NCBI GenBank assembly: GCA_002707985.1 | Contig: PAOI01000023.1 | Span: forward strand, 1,483-65,482 | Direction of reading: 5' to 3' | From: Sphingomonas sp. | GTDB taxonomy: Bacteria; Pseudomonadota; Alphaproteobacteria; Sphingomonadales; Sphingomonadaceae | Length of the DNA stretch: 64,000 bases | Shown: one piece after another, positions 1 through 9,617 of the stretch | Position numbering within the stretch: the first letter of the stretch is position 1 | Layout: every line of letters starts with the position of its first letter | Made by a program: the position numbers and the translations under genes | The notes under the pieces: generated by a model | Database searches by the model: none | What the model was told of the DNA's origin: nothing | What the model saw: only the letters and a program-made list of their open reading frames with translations

Positions 1-1011
1 GCCGCCGCGCGCGCCGATTACGAAGCGGCAGGCTATGACTATGCCTCGGTCCTGATTTCGATCGAGGCGGAAATCGCGCGCAATTACGTGACCGCGCGAT
101 TGCTGCAGGCGCAGCTCGACAATGCCCGCCGCTCGCTCACGCTGCAGGACGACAATCTGGAGATCGCCGGATATCGCGTGCAGGCGGGGCTGGTGTCCTC
201 GCTCGATTCCGAACAGGCGCGCTCGCAGCGTGCGCAGACCGCTGCGACCATCCCGTCGCTTGAGGCGAGCTATAACAGCGCGGTGTCGCGGATCGCGGTG
301 CTGCTCGGCCTGCCGCCGGGCGCGCTCAAGGCGGAGCTGGAAACGCCGAAGGGCATTCCGCAGGGGCCGGACATGATCCCGGTGGGCATTCCCGCCGATA
401 CGCTGCGCCAGCGCCCCGATGTGCGCAGCGCCGAACGCAGTCTTGCCGCCGCTACTGCGCGGATCGGCGTGGCGCAGGCACAATTGTTTCCCGCACTCAG
501 CATCGGCGGCGGGATCGACACGAGCGCAAGCTCGCTCGACACGCTGACCGACATCATCACCGGTCAGGTTTTTGCCAATCTGGCGCAGACGATTTTCGAC
601 GGCGGTCGCAACCGTAGTCAGGTGCGTGCGAGCGAAGCGGCAGCCGAAGGCGCCTTTTACGCCTATAAGCAAACGGTGCTGACGTCGCTCGAGGACGTGG
701 AAAACGCGCTGGCGGCGCTGCGCAGCGCACGCGAGCGCGAGCGCTATTATGCCGATGCGCTCGATGCGGCGAACAATGTCGCGATCCTGTCGCGCAGCCA
801 GTATCGCACCGGCCTCACCGATTTCACGACGCTCAACACGGCCGAAGCCTCGCTGCTCAGCGCAGGCAACGGCCTTGCCCAGGCGCGCGCCGATCAGGCG
901 ACCGCCATCATCCAGCTCTATCTCGCGCTCGGCGGCGGCTGGGACAGTTCGATTGTCCCCCAGGCACCCGATGAACCGCCCGCGCCCTTGCCAACCAGTC
1001 AGGAACGCTGA
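1..1011 (+). CDS. Outer-membrane efflux protein, NodT/TolC family (5'-truncated by window edge)
   Basis: Motifs GIPADTLRQRPDVRSAER and QLYLALGGGW; frame open to the window start; first gene of an MFP/ABC cluster. Confidence 0.9.
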   Translation, partial: AAARADYEAAGYDYASVLISIEAEIARNYVTARLLQAQLDNARRSLTLQDDNLEIAGYRVQAGLVSSLDSEQARSQRAQTAATIPSLEASYNSAVSRIAVLLGLPPGALKAELETPKGIPQGPDMIPVGIPADTLRQRPDVRSAERSLAAATARIGVAQAQLFPALSIGGGIDTSASSLDTLTDIITGQVFANLAQTIFDGGRNRSQVRASEAAAEGAFYAYKQTVLTSLEDVENALAALRSARERERYYADALDAANNVAILSRSQYRTGLTDFTTLNTAEASLLSAGNGLAQARADQATAIIQLYLALGGGWDSSIVPQAPDEPPAPLPTSQER

Positions 1012-2318
1012 TGGCCGACGAACCCAATCTCGACGAATTTCTCGGTGCCAAGCCGGTGCCGCGCTGGCGGCGATTCTTCCGGCTGAAATGGATATTGATC
1101 GCCATCGGCGTGATCCTGCTGCTGCTGCTGGTCGCGCGCTGCATGGCGCCGTCGCCGCCGCCCAGCTATGCCACGGCTGAAGTCACGAAGGGCGACCTTT
1201 CCGTCACGGTTTCCGCGACCGGCAAGCTGGCGCCGACCAATCAGGTCGATGTCGGTTCGGAAATCTCCGGTCTGGTCGAACGCGTCCTGGTCGACGTCAA
1301 CGACCGCGTGACCAAGGGACAGCCGCTCGCGGTGATCGATCCTTCGACGCTCGACGATGCGATCAAGCAGAGCGAAGCGACGCTCAACGCCAATATCGCG
1401 ACGGTGGCACAGCAGCGCGCGACGCTGCAGGAAGCGGAAGCGCAGCTTGCCCGCTTCCAGGAAGTGAGCCGGTTGTCGGGCGGGCGTGTGCCGTCGCAGA
1501 CCGAAATGCAATCGGCCGAGGCGAATGTCGCACGTGCCCGCGCCAATCTGAGCGCCGCGCAGGCCAATGTCGTGTCGGCGCGCGCTGCCCTCTCGTCGAA
1601 CCAGACCAAGCGGTACAAGGCCGTGATCCGGTCGCCCGTCAACGGCGTGGTGCTCGCGCGACAGGTCGATGCGGGTCAGACGGTGGCGGCATCGTTCAAC
1701 GTCGCGACGCTGTTCGTGATTGCCGAGGATCTGACCGCGATGAAGCTCGAAGTCGCGGTCGATGAGGCCGATGTCGGCGAAGTCGCACCGGGACAGGATG
1801 CGAGCTTCACCGTCGACGCCTTCCCCGGTCGCACCTTCCCCGCGCAGATCACGCGCGTCGATCTGGGGTCGAACCTGACGGCGACGTCATCGTCCTCGAC
1901 GACGACCAGCAGTTCTTCGCAGGTGGTTTCCTATGCCGCGACGCTCAGCGTTTCCAATCCGGACCTGATCCTGCGTCCGGGCATGACCGCGACGGCGACG
2001 ATCCGTACCGAGCAGCGCAGCGGCGTGATGCTGATCCCGAACGGTGCGCTGCGCTTCAAGCCGGACGCAGGCGCCGAATCGAGCGGAGGCGGATTCCAGA
2101 TGCGCTTCGGCCCCAGCGGCGGCGAACAGGAAAAGACGATCGGCGAGGGCAGCCGCCAGACCATCTATGTGGTGGGCGAGGACGGCAAGCCGAAAGCGGT
2201 TCAGGTCGTGACCGGAGCCAGCGACGGCAGCCGTACCGAAGTCACCGGCGAGGGACTGAAACCCGGCATGAAAGTGATCGTCGGTGTCCGCGCCGCCAAT
2301 GCGGGCGACAATGACTGA
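1011..2318 (+). CDS. Periplasmic membrane-fusion adaptor, MacA-like
   Basis: N-terminal TM; VDVGSEISG and IRSPVNGVV lipoyl halves around a coiled coil; LRPGMTA. Confidence 0.92.
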   Translation: MADEPNLDEFLGAKPVPRWRRFFRLKWILIAIGVILLLLLVARCMAPSPPPSYATAEVTKGDLSVTVSATGKLAPTNQVDVGSEISGLVERVLVDVNDRVTKGQPLAVIDPSTLDDAIKQSEATLNANIATVAQQRATLQEAEAQLARFQEVSRLSGGRVPSQTEMQSAEANVARARANLSAAQANVVSARAALSSNQTKRYKAVIRSPVNGVVLARQVDAGQTVAASFNVATLFVIAEDLTAMKLEVAVDEADVGEVAPGQDASFTVDAFPGRTFPAQITRVDLGSNLTATSSSSTTTSSSSQVVSYAATLSVSNPDLILRPGMTATATIRTEQRSGVMLIPNGALRFKPDAGAESSGGGFQMRFGPSGGEQEKTIGEGSRQTIYVVGEDGKPKAVQVVTGASDGSRTEVTGEGLKPGMKVIVGVRAANAGDND

Positions 2319-3027
2319 TCCGCTCATCCGACTGGAAGGCGTGACCAAGACCTTCGGTGAAGGCGCCACGGCGTTTCAGGCACTGAAGGGCGTGGACATG
2401 ACCATCGAACGCGGCGATTTCGTCGCGGTGATGGGCGCGTCCGGTTCGGGCAAGTCGACCACGATGAACATCCTGGGCTGTCTCGATGTGCCGACGGGCG
2501 GAACCTATCTGTTCCGCGGCGTCCATGTCGAACGGCTCGACCGCGACCAGCGCGCGCTGCTGCGGCGGCGCTATCTGGGCTTCGTGTTTCAGGGGTTCAA
2601 TCTGCTCGCGCGCACGACGGCACTCGAAAATGTGGAGCTGCCGCTTCTCTATCGCGGCGAAAACCGCAAGCTGCGCAACGACATGGCGATGGCCGCGCTC
2701 GACAAGGTGGGGCTTGCGCCCTGGGCCGATCACACTCCGGCAGAGCTTTCGGGCGGTCAGCAACAGCGCGTGGCCATCGCGCGCGCGATCGTGACTCAGC
2801 CCGACGTGCTGCTCGCCGACGAACCGACCGGCAATCTCGACAGCGAACGCTCGGTCGAGATCATGGAGCTGCTGTCCGACCTCAACAGCAACAGCGGGAT
2901 CACCGTGCTGATGGTGACGCATGAGCCCGACATGGCCGAATTCGCGCGCACCATCGTCCATTTCAAGGACGGACTGGTCGAGCGGATCGACCGCAGTCCC
3001 GGCCGCACCCCGGCGGAGGTGCGCTGA
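2311..3027 (+). CDS. ABC transporter ATP-binding subunit, MacB/LolD family
   Basis: Walker A GASGSGKST, LSGGQQQRVAIARA, LLADEPTGNLD. ATG at 2311 overlaps the upstream stop. Confidence 0.95.
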   Translation: MTDPLIRLEGVTKTFGEGATAFQALKGVDMTIERGDFVAVMGASGSGKSTTMNILGCLDVPTGGTYLFRGVHVERLDRDQRALLRRRYLGFVFQGFNLLARTTALENVELPLLYRGENRKLRNDMAMAALDKVGLAPWADHTPAELSGGQQQRVAIARAIVTQPDVLLADEPTGNLDSERSVEIMELLSDLNSNSGITVLMVTHEPDMAEFARTIVHFKDGLVERIDRSPGRTPAEVR

Positions 3028-4229
3028 TGCTCTATACGACGATCATCCTGTCGCTGCGCGAAATCGCGCGCCACAAGCTGCGCTCGTTCCTGACGACACT
3101 GGGCATCATCATCGGCGTGTTCGCGGTGATCACCATGGTGACGCTGGGCAACGGCATTTCGGCATCGGTGCAGGAATCGATCAGCTCGCTCGGCACCAAT
3201 ACGCTGACGATCTTCCCCAGCTCGGGCACCGGTCGGGGCGGCGGGGCGCCGCCGCCGCCGTTCGAACAGGACGATGTCGACGCGATCCGCGAACAGATCG
3301 GCGGTGTGAAGACGGTGGCCGGACAGGTTACGTCCTCCGCGCTGGCGGTGCGCAACGCCCAGAACTGGACGACGACGATCACCGGCACCAGCAACGATTA
3401 TTTCGAATCGCAAAGCCTGAAATTCGCCAGCGGTCGCCCCTTCACTGCGGCGGAGGAGACGGCCGGCAAGGCGGTGTGCATCATCGGCGATACGATCCGA
3501 GAGAATCTGTTTTCCGATGGCGATGCCACCGGCCAGCGTTTCCGGCTGGGCGATGTCAGTTGCGAAGTGATCGGCGTGCTCGAAAAGCAGGATAATTCGG
3601 GCTTCAACGATCCCAACAATACCGTGATCATGCCGATCAAGGCAGTGCAGCGCCGCTTCACCGGCAATCAGCAGATCCGCGCGATGATCGTATCGGTCCA
3701 GGACGGGTTCGACACCGGATCGGTGCAAAAATCGATCACGGCCCTGCTGCGCGAACGGCGGCATCTTGCCGGCGGCCAGCCCGATGACTTCCGCATTTTC
3801 GACAGCGCGCAATTTGCCGCGACGCTGACGCAGCAGACTCAGCAGATGACGATGTTCGTTGCCGCCATCGCGGCTGTCAGTCTGGTCGTCGGCGGCATCG
3901 GCATCATGAACATCATGCTGGTGTCGGTTACCGAGCGGACGCGCGAGATCGGCATCCGCCTCGCCATCGGCGCGCTGGGGGGCGAAGTGCTGCTCCAGTT
4001 CCTGGTCGAGGCAGTGGCGCTTTCGTGTCTGGGCGGACTGATCGGCATCGTGGTCGCCTTTTTCGCGTCCTGGGGCGCGTCTTCGGCGCTCAAGCTGCCC
4101 TTTGTGTTCGATCCGTCGATCAACATATTGAGCTTTGCGATTTCGGCGCTGATCGGCGTGGTGTTCGGCTATTTCCCCGCGCGCCGCGCGGCCAAGCTCA
4201 ATCCGATCGACGCGCTGCGCCACGAATAA
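3027..4229 (+). CDS. ABC transporter permease, MacB/FtsX family
   Basis: RSFLTTLGIIIG, GIMNIMLVSVTERTREIGIR, PARRAAKLNPIDALRHE. Confidence 0.95.
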   Translation: MLYTTIILSLREIARHKLRSFLTTLGIIIGVFAVITMVTLGNGISASVQESISSLGTNTLTIFPSSGTGRGGGAPPPPFEQDDVDAIREQIGGVKTVAGQVTSSALAVRNAQNWTTTITGTSNDYFESQSLKFASGRPFTAAEETAGKAVCIIGDTIRENLFSDGDATGQRFRLGDVSCEVIGVLEKQDNSGFNDPNNTVIMPIKAVQRRFTGNQQIRAMIVSVQDGFDTGSVQKSITALLRERRHLAGGQPDDFRIFDSAQFAATLTQQTQQMTMFVAAIAAVSLVVGGIGIMNIMLVSVTERTREIGIRLAIGALGGEVLLQFLVEAVALSCLGGLIGIVVAFFASWGASSALKLPFVFDPSINILSFAISALIGVVFGYFPARRAAKLNPIDALRHE

Positions 4230-4256
4230 TCACGGGTCAGCGGTTCCCGCGGCGGT

Positions 4257-4838
4257 TCAGTCCACGCCATATCTGGCGCGCAGCGCGGCCAGATCCTCGG
4301 GGGTGTCGATATCGACGAGCTCGGCGGGTGACGCGATGACGTGATGGCCTGCGCGGATCAGCGCGCGGGCGCCCTGGTCGCCCTCGACGGTTTCGAGCGT
4401 GTCGAAATGGTTGGCACCGAACAGCGCAGGCGGGCAGGGGGCGTGCCCGTCGCTGGAGGCGACTACGGCGTCCGGCCCTTTCGCTTCGTCGAGCAGCCGC
4501 CACACATGCGCGGCGGTGACGCGCGGCATATCGGCGAGCGCGATCAGCACGCCGGCTGCTTCATGCGCACGCGCCGCCGCCATGCACAGCGCCAGCGAAT
4601 GTCCCTGACCGGCATCGGGCCGTGCATTGTGCACGACTTCATATCCGCGCGCCGCGAAATCGAGCGTCGTGCCCGAAACCACGGCAACGCGTGCCTTGAA
4701 CGGCACGGCCTCCAGCGCGGTGACGACATGAAAGCCGATCGGCTGGTGGAGGAAAGACTGTTCCAGCTTGTCGGCCGCGCCGAAACGATCCGATTTCCCG
4801 GCGGCGAGCAGCAGCAGGACGACATCCTCAGCGCGCAT
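4257..4838 (-). CDS. Nucleotidyltransferase, MocA-like molybdenum cofactor cytidylyltransferase
   Basis: LLAAGKSDRFG, LADMP, GDQGAR, DIDTPED; overlaps the xdhC-like gene. Confidence 0.85.
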   Translation of the reverse strand: MRAEDVVLLLLAAGKSDRFGAADKLEQSFLHQPIGFHVVTALEAVPFKARVAVVSGTTLDFAARGYEVVHNARPDAGQGHSLALCMAAARAHEAAGVLIALADMPRVTAAHVWRLLDEAKGPDAVVASSDGHAPCPPALFGANHFDTLETVEGDQGARALIRAGHHVIASPAELVDIDTPEDLAALRARYGVD

Positions 4839-5742
4839 CGCGAAACGCCTTCACCATGCCGGCGGCGATCGACAGCGCGATTTCAGACGGGCCGATCGCG
4901 CCGATATCAATGCCGGCGGGACCATCGATCCGGGCAAGGTCGGGTGCCGCAATGCCCGCCGCCGCCAGCCGCTCGATCCGCGCCGCATGGCTCTTGCGCG
5001 ATCCCAGCGCGGCGACATAGCCGGTCGGCGCGCTCAGCGCGGCGATCAGTGCGGGGTCGTCGATCTTGGTGTCATGGCTCAATGTCACGACGGCGGTGGC
5101 ACCACCCGGATTCCACGCCGTGACCGCTTCGTCGGGCCAGCGATCGTCTAGTGTCGTACCGGGAAAGCGTTCTTCGGTCAGAAAACGTCCGCGCGGATCT
5201 ATCACCACCGTCTCGATACCCAGTTCGCGCGCCAGCCCCGCCAGCGCCTGGGCGATCTGCACCGCGCCGACGATCAGCAGTCGGTGAGGCGGCGCATATC
5301 GATGGACGAAATCGCCTTTCTCGCCCGGAGCGGCATGGCCGCTGGCGAAATCGAACGCGACCGGCAGCGTCCGTCCCGCTGCGCGGGCGTCGGCGATTGC
5401 GTCGAACAGCTCGGGGGGAAATCCCAGCGCCGATACCGGCTGGACGAACACCGCAATCTCGCCGCCACAGGGCAGGCCGACTTCCCATGCCGCATCATCG
5501 GCGACGCCATAATGTTTCACGACGGCCGGTGCGCCGGCGATCACCTCTGCGGCAGTGGCCAATATGTCTGTTTCGACGCAGCCCCCGGACACGGATCCTT
5601 CGAACCGCCCGTCTTCATGGACCAGCATATGGCTGCCGCGCGGGCGCGGTGCCGATCCCCAGGTCGTGACGACGGTCGCCAGCGCCATTTTCGCGCCGCG
5701 CCATTCGCGCGCCGCGGCGATCACCCGGTCATTCTCGCTCAA
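4828..5742 (-). CDS. XdhC/CoxI family molybdoenzyme maturation factor
   Basis: TWGSAPRPRGS, GSVSGGCVE, GLPCGG, ALGSRKSH; TTG start preceded by GGAG. Confidence 0.92.
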   Translation of the reverse strand: MSENDRVIAAAREWRGAKMALATVVTTWGSAPRPRGSHMLVHEDGRFEGSVSGGCVETDILATAAEVIAGAPAVVKHYGVADDAAWEVGLPCGGEIAVFVQPVSALGFPPELFDAIADARAAGRTLPVAFDFASGHAAPGEKGDFVHRYAPPHRLLIVGAVQIAQALAGLARELGIETVVIDPRGRFLTEERFPGTTLDDRWPDEAVTAWNPGGATAVVTLSHDTKIDDPALIAALSAPTGYVAALGSRKSHAARIERLAAAGIAAPDLARIDGPAGIDIGAIGPSEIALSIAAGMVKAFRDAR

Positions 5743-5802
5743 TGCTGTCGTGCTCCCGTCATATCGGCTGGTTAGTGCGGGCCTTCATAGAAGCACGAAC
5801 AC

Positions 5803-5893
5803 CCGTTTGCCCCTGGCCTGCCGAAGGGTCACTCTCCCTTTTCCACCGCAGGCGGAGAGACGGATCGTGTTTCGACAGGCTCAGCACAGATGG
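5803..5893. repeat. Degenerate REP-like inverted-arm element (GCCTGYCGAA core)
   Basis: Left arm CCGTTTGCCCCTGGCCTGCCGAAGGG; reverse complement of right arm CCATCTGTGCTGAGCCTGTCGAAACAC. Resembles an intergenic repeat I recall from sphingomonads. Confidence 0.6.
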
Positions 5894-5908
5894 TGTGGAA
5901 AATCGGGA

Positions 5909-6991
5909 ATGCCAATACGATACGCTCTCGCTGCACTGGCAGCACTGGTTTCCGTCCTTTCCCCGATACAGGATAGCGCGATGGCGCAGACATTGCCCGA
6001 CAGCCCGCCGATCGTCATCGCCCATCGCGGCGCAAGCGGCGAGCGGCCCGAACATACTTTGCTCTCTTATGACCTCGCCATTGCCCAGGGGGCCGATTTC
6101 ATCGAGCCCGATCTGGTATCGACCCGCGACGGCGTGCTGGTCGCGCGGCATGAAAACGATATCGCCGACACGACCGATGTCGCCGATCATCCCGAATTCG
6201 CCGATCGCCGCACCACCAAAACGATCGACGGGCGCGAAGAGACGGGCTGGTTTACCGAGGATTTCACGCTTGCCGAACTGCGCACGTTGCGCGCGAAGGA
6301 ACGGCTGCCGCAACTGCGCCCGGGCAACACTGCCTATGACGGGCAAGCGCAGATCCCGACGCTGGCGGACATCATCGAACTCGCCAAACGCCGCTCGGCA
6401 GAGCTGGGCCGCACGATCGGCATCTATCCCGAAACCAAGCACCCCAGCTATTTCGCGTCGATCGGCCTGCCGCTCGAACCGCCGTTGCTCGCCGCGCTGC
6501 GCGAAGCGGGGTGGGACCGCGCCGACGCGCCGGTCTTCATCCAGTCGTTCGAAGTCGACAATCTGAAGGCGCTGCATCGCGAAACGCCGGTGCGGCTGAT
6601 CCAATTGGTGGCGCCGCTCGGCAAGCCCGCAGATGGCGGCGCACAAAGCTATGCCGCGATGACCTCGCCTGCCGGCCTTGCCGGGATCGCCCGCTATGCC
6701 TGGGGGATCGGGCCGGAAAAAAGCATGATCCTGCCCGACTGGAACGCCGCGCCGACGTCGCTCGTCGCCGATGCGCATGCGGCGGGGCTGCGCGTCCATC
6801 CCTGGACGTTCCGCACGGAAAACCTGTTCCTGCCGCCCGCGCTGCGCGGTTCCGATACGGCGCCCGGCGGTTCGATGGAGCGCGAAATCGCGCGCTATAT
6901 CCGGATCGGCGTCGATGGTTTCTTCACTGATTACCCTTATCGCGGTGTCCGGGCACGCGAATCGGCACTGGCGCCGGACCGCGCGGAGTGA
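5909..6991 (+). CDS. Secreted glycerophosphodiester phosphodiesterase (GDPD)
   Basis: Signal peptide, IAHRGASGERPEHT, FIEPDLV, IYPETKHP, FIQSFE, DGFFTDYP. Start moved to ATG 5909. Confidence 0.93.
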   Translation: MPIRYALAALAALVSVLSPIQDSAMAQTLPDSPPIVIAHRGASGERPEHTLLSYDLAIAQGADFIEPDLVSTRDGVLVARHENDIADTTDVADHPEFADRRTTKTIDGREETGWFTEDFTLAELRTLRAKERLPQLRPGNTAYDGQAQIPTLADIIELAKRRSAELGRTIGIYPETKHPSYFASIGLPLEPPLLAALREAGWDRADAPVFIQSFEVDNLKALHRETPVRLIQLVAPLGKPADGGAQSYAAMTSPAGLAGIARYAWGIGPEKSMILPDWNAAPTSLVADAHAAGLRVHPWTFRTENLFLPPALRGSDTAPGGSMEREIARYIRIGVDGFFTDYPYRGVRARESALAPDRAE

Positions 6992-7007
6992 ATAGGGGAG
7001 TGGGGCA

Positions 7008-7289
7008 ATGCGGAAATTCGTGATGCCGATGGTTGCGGTCTTGCCGCTGGTTAGCGGCGGCTGCGTCGCAAAGACGGTGTGGGGCGTCGCCACCGCGCCG
7101 GTGCGCGCTGGCGCGCAGGTGGTCGACTGGACCACGACCAGCCAGGAAGAATCGGACCGCAATTACGGCCGCCAGGTGCGCGAACAGGAACGCCGCGACG
7201 GTCAGGCCGCCAAAGAGGCGAAGGAAGCGTGCGAACGCGCCGCGCGCGAGGATCGCCGCAACGGATATGAACCGCGCCGCTGCGACTGA
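7008..7289 (+). CDS. Small hypothetical lipoprotein
   Basis: GGGGAG RBS, hydrophobic N-terminus ending in SGGC, charged C-terminus. Confidence 0.7.
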   Translation: MRKFVMPMVAVLPLVSGGCVAKTVWGVATAPVRAGAQVVDWTTTSQEESDRNYGRQVREQERRDGQAAKEAKEACERAAREDRRNGYEPRRCD

Positions 7290-7307
7290 CCGGTATCTGG
7301 TCCGGGC

Positions 7308-8030
7308 CTATTTCGTCTCGCCCGCCAGCGTCCGCGCGATCGCCAGCATCGCCTCGGGGTGCATATGCACGCCCAGATGCCCGCTTTCGATTTCGATCGA
7401 TCGACAGGCGCTCCCCTCGGCTTCGCGACAGATCGCGCCGTTGACGAAACCGTCGCTGGCGCTCCAGATCGCTGTCGACGGCACGGGAAGCGGCGCTGCC
7501 GCTTCCGCCTGATTGGCGACGACTGCGGGATCGTCGATCCTTTCGCCCGACAACCATTGATAGGCGCGCCAGACATTGGTCGCGGTCGGCGGCCCGGCAA
7601 AGGGCGCGCTCAGCGTGATGACTTCGCGCACCAGCTCGCTGCGGCGATGCGCCATCAGCCGCGCCATGATCCCGCCCAGCGAAATACCGACCAGTGTCAC
7701 CGGTTCGCCGGCATCGGCATATATCGCCTCCAGCCGTGCTTCGAGCATCCCGGCATCGCTGCCGATCGTCCGCGCGCCGCGATTGCGGCCCAGATCCCAG
7801 CCATAGCTGCGATAGCCGATCCGGCGCAGCCAGCGGCGCATGACGATGGTGGTAGTATCGGTATTGCCGAGCCCCGGCAGCACCAGCACCGGGCGGCCAT
7901 CGCCGCGCGGCACGGCGTTCAGCCTGCGCTGCGACAGCGCCAGAGAACCGAGCATCACCGCCGCGCGCGGCAGTTCGGCAAGGAAGAGGCGCCGGGGCGG
8001 TGGCGGCACTTCGGCGGCGGCCGCGCTCAT
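7308..8030 (-). CDS. Alpha/beta hydrolase (esterase/lipase-like)
   Basis: VLVLPG, GISLGG nucleophile elbow, SASDG, SGHLG. Confidence 0.85.
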   Translation of the reverse strand: MSAAAAEVPPPPRRLFLAELPRAAVMLGSLALSQRRLNAVPRGDGRPVLVLPGLGNTDTTTIVMRRWLRRIGYRSYGWDLGRNRGARTIGSDAGMLEARLEAIYADAGEPVTLVGISLGGIMARLMAHRRSELVREVITLSAPFAGPPTATNVWRAYQWLSGERIDDPAVVANQAEAAAPLPVPSTAIWSASDGFVNGAICREAEGSACRSIEIESGHLGVHMHPEAMLAIARTLAGETK

Positions 8031-8704
8031 GGTTGCGGCATCCAGTACATCACCGATGCCGATAGCGGCGTCCATATGCCCATCGGCACGCCCGCCGCGC
8101 GCAATGCCTCGCCGGTCCAGCTGTTGCAGGTGCGGAACAGATTATAGCGCCCGCGCGCCGCATAGAATGCATCATGCCTGCCATAGCCGGGCCAGCTTTC
8201 TGGCAGATCGGCAAAGGTCGCGCGGATGAAGTCGGTCAGGCGGCGATATTCCTCGGGCGTAAGGATCAGTTCGCGCCGGTCGGGGCCGGTGGTCGGTTCG
8301 GGGATATGTTCGACATGCAGCACCGTGTCGCCCATGCCGGCAAGCGCTGCGGCGGTCCGCCCCGGGCTGACATCCGCCCAAGTCGGCGTTTCCATGTAAA
8401 AGCCGCGATCGCCCCACCCGATCGCCAGCCAGGGATGCGCGGCATAGCGCGGATCGCGCAAATCGCCGGGACGCACCAGATCGCTCCAGCCGACCCCGTC
8501 GGCTTCGGCGGGAATGACGATGCCGGTATGGACGCCATTGTCCTCGACAAAGATGCGGATGCCGTCCTTCGGGGGTATGCGTCCGGCATTCACCGGGATC
8601 AGCGTGCCCGCCAGCGCCGCTGCGTTCCACAACGCGAAGAGGGCCGCGATTGCCAGCACCAGCCACAGCAGCGCATGCCATAATCGGCGACCTGCTTGAT
8701 TCAT
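8027..8704 (-). CDS. DUF2459/TIGR02117-family protein
   Basis: NGVHTGIVIP, GWGDRGFY, YNLFRTCNSW; N-terminal TM. Start could be up to 8722. Confidence 0.8.
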   Translation of the reverse strand: MNQAGRRLWHALLWLVLAIAALFALWNAAALAGTLIPVNAGRIPPKDGIRIFVEDNGVHTGIVIPAEADGVGWSDLVRPGDLRDPRYAAHPWLAIGWGDRGFYMETPTWADVSPGRTAAALAGMGDTVLHVEHIPEPTTGPDRRELILTPEEYRRLTDFIRATFADLPESWPGYGRHDAFYAARGRYNLFRTCNSWTGEALRAAGVPMGIWTPLSASVMYWMPQP

Positions 8705-8744
8705 CGCAATTCCCGCCATCACGGCGATATGCTATGGGATTTCC

Positions 8745-9617
8745 ATGATTCAGGAAACGCATGTTTTGGCCTGCCCGCCCGAAGGCGCGGCGGCCGATTG
8801 GACGATCCCGCAGAACTGGGAAGCCTATAGCGCGCAGGACCATCAGGTCTGGGACACGTTGTTCGAACGCCAGATCAAACTGCTCCCCGGTCGCGCGGCG
8901 CAGGCCTATCTGAACGGGCTTGAGGCGCTCCGCCTTTCCGAACGCGGCATCCCCAATTTCGAGGAACTGTCCGAACGGCTGATGAAGCTGACCGGGTGGC
9001 AAGTGGTGGCGGTGCCGGGGCTCGTCCCCGACGACGTGTTTTTCGATCACATGGCCAATCGCCGCTTCGTCGCGGGCAATTTCATCCGCCGCCCTGACCA
9101 GCTCGACTATATTCAGGAACCCGACGTGTTTCACGACGTGTTCGGCCATGTCCCGATGCTCGCCGATCCGCGCTTTGCCGATTATCTCGAGGCTTATGGC
9201 CGTGGCGGCCTGCGCGCGCTCGATCTCGGCATGCTGAAACAGCTTGGGCGGCTTTACTGGTACACCGTCGAATTCGGCCTGATCCGCGAAGCCGAAGGGC
9301 TGCGCATCTATGGTTCGGGGATTGTGTCGAGCGCTGCCGAAAGCCGTTTCGCCCTGGAAAGCGACAGCCCCAACCGGATCGGGTTCGACCTGCGCCGGGT
9401 GATGCGGACCGATTACCGGATCGACGATTTCCAGCAGAATTATTTCGTCATCGACAGTTTCGACGATCTGCTCCGCCAGACAGTGGAAACCGATTTCGCG
9501 CCGCTATACGATTCGATCCGCGACTTGCCCGACATTCCGATCGCGACGATTCTGCCGGATGACGAGGTGATCACCAACGGCACGCAGGAATATGCGCTGG
9601 GACGCGCGGCCGGTTGA
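8745..9617 (+). CDS. phhA: Phenylalanine 4-monooxygenase
   Basis: EPDVFHDVFGHVPML iron ligands, LYWYTVEFGL, YRIDDFQQNYF. Confidence 0.96.
   Translation: MIQETHVLACPPEGAAADWTIPQNWEAYSAQDHQVWDTLFERQIKLLPGRAAQAYLNGLEALRLSERGIPNFEELSERLMKLTGWQVVAVPGLVPDDVFFDHMANRRFVAGNFIRRPDQLDYIQEPDVFHDVFGHVPMLADPRFADYLEAYGRGGLRALDLGMLKQLGRLYWYTVEFGLIREAEGLRIYGSGIVSSAAESRFALESDSPNRIGFDLRRVMRTDYRIDDFQQNYFVIDSFDDLLRQTVETDFAPLYDSIRDLPDIPIATILPDDEVITNGTQEYALGRAAG

Noticed and set aside
1876-1921. Ser/Thr-rich low-complexity tract in the MacA-like gene
   Set aside because: A flexible loop typical of this adaptor subfamily, not a tandem repeat element.
5555-5908. Longer GDPD start at 5555
   Set aside because: Overlaps the xdhC-like gene and the repeat; a signal peptide begins at ATG 5909.
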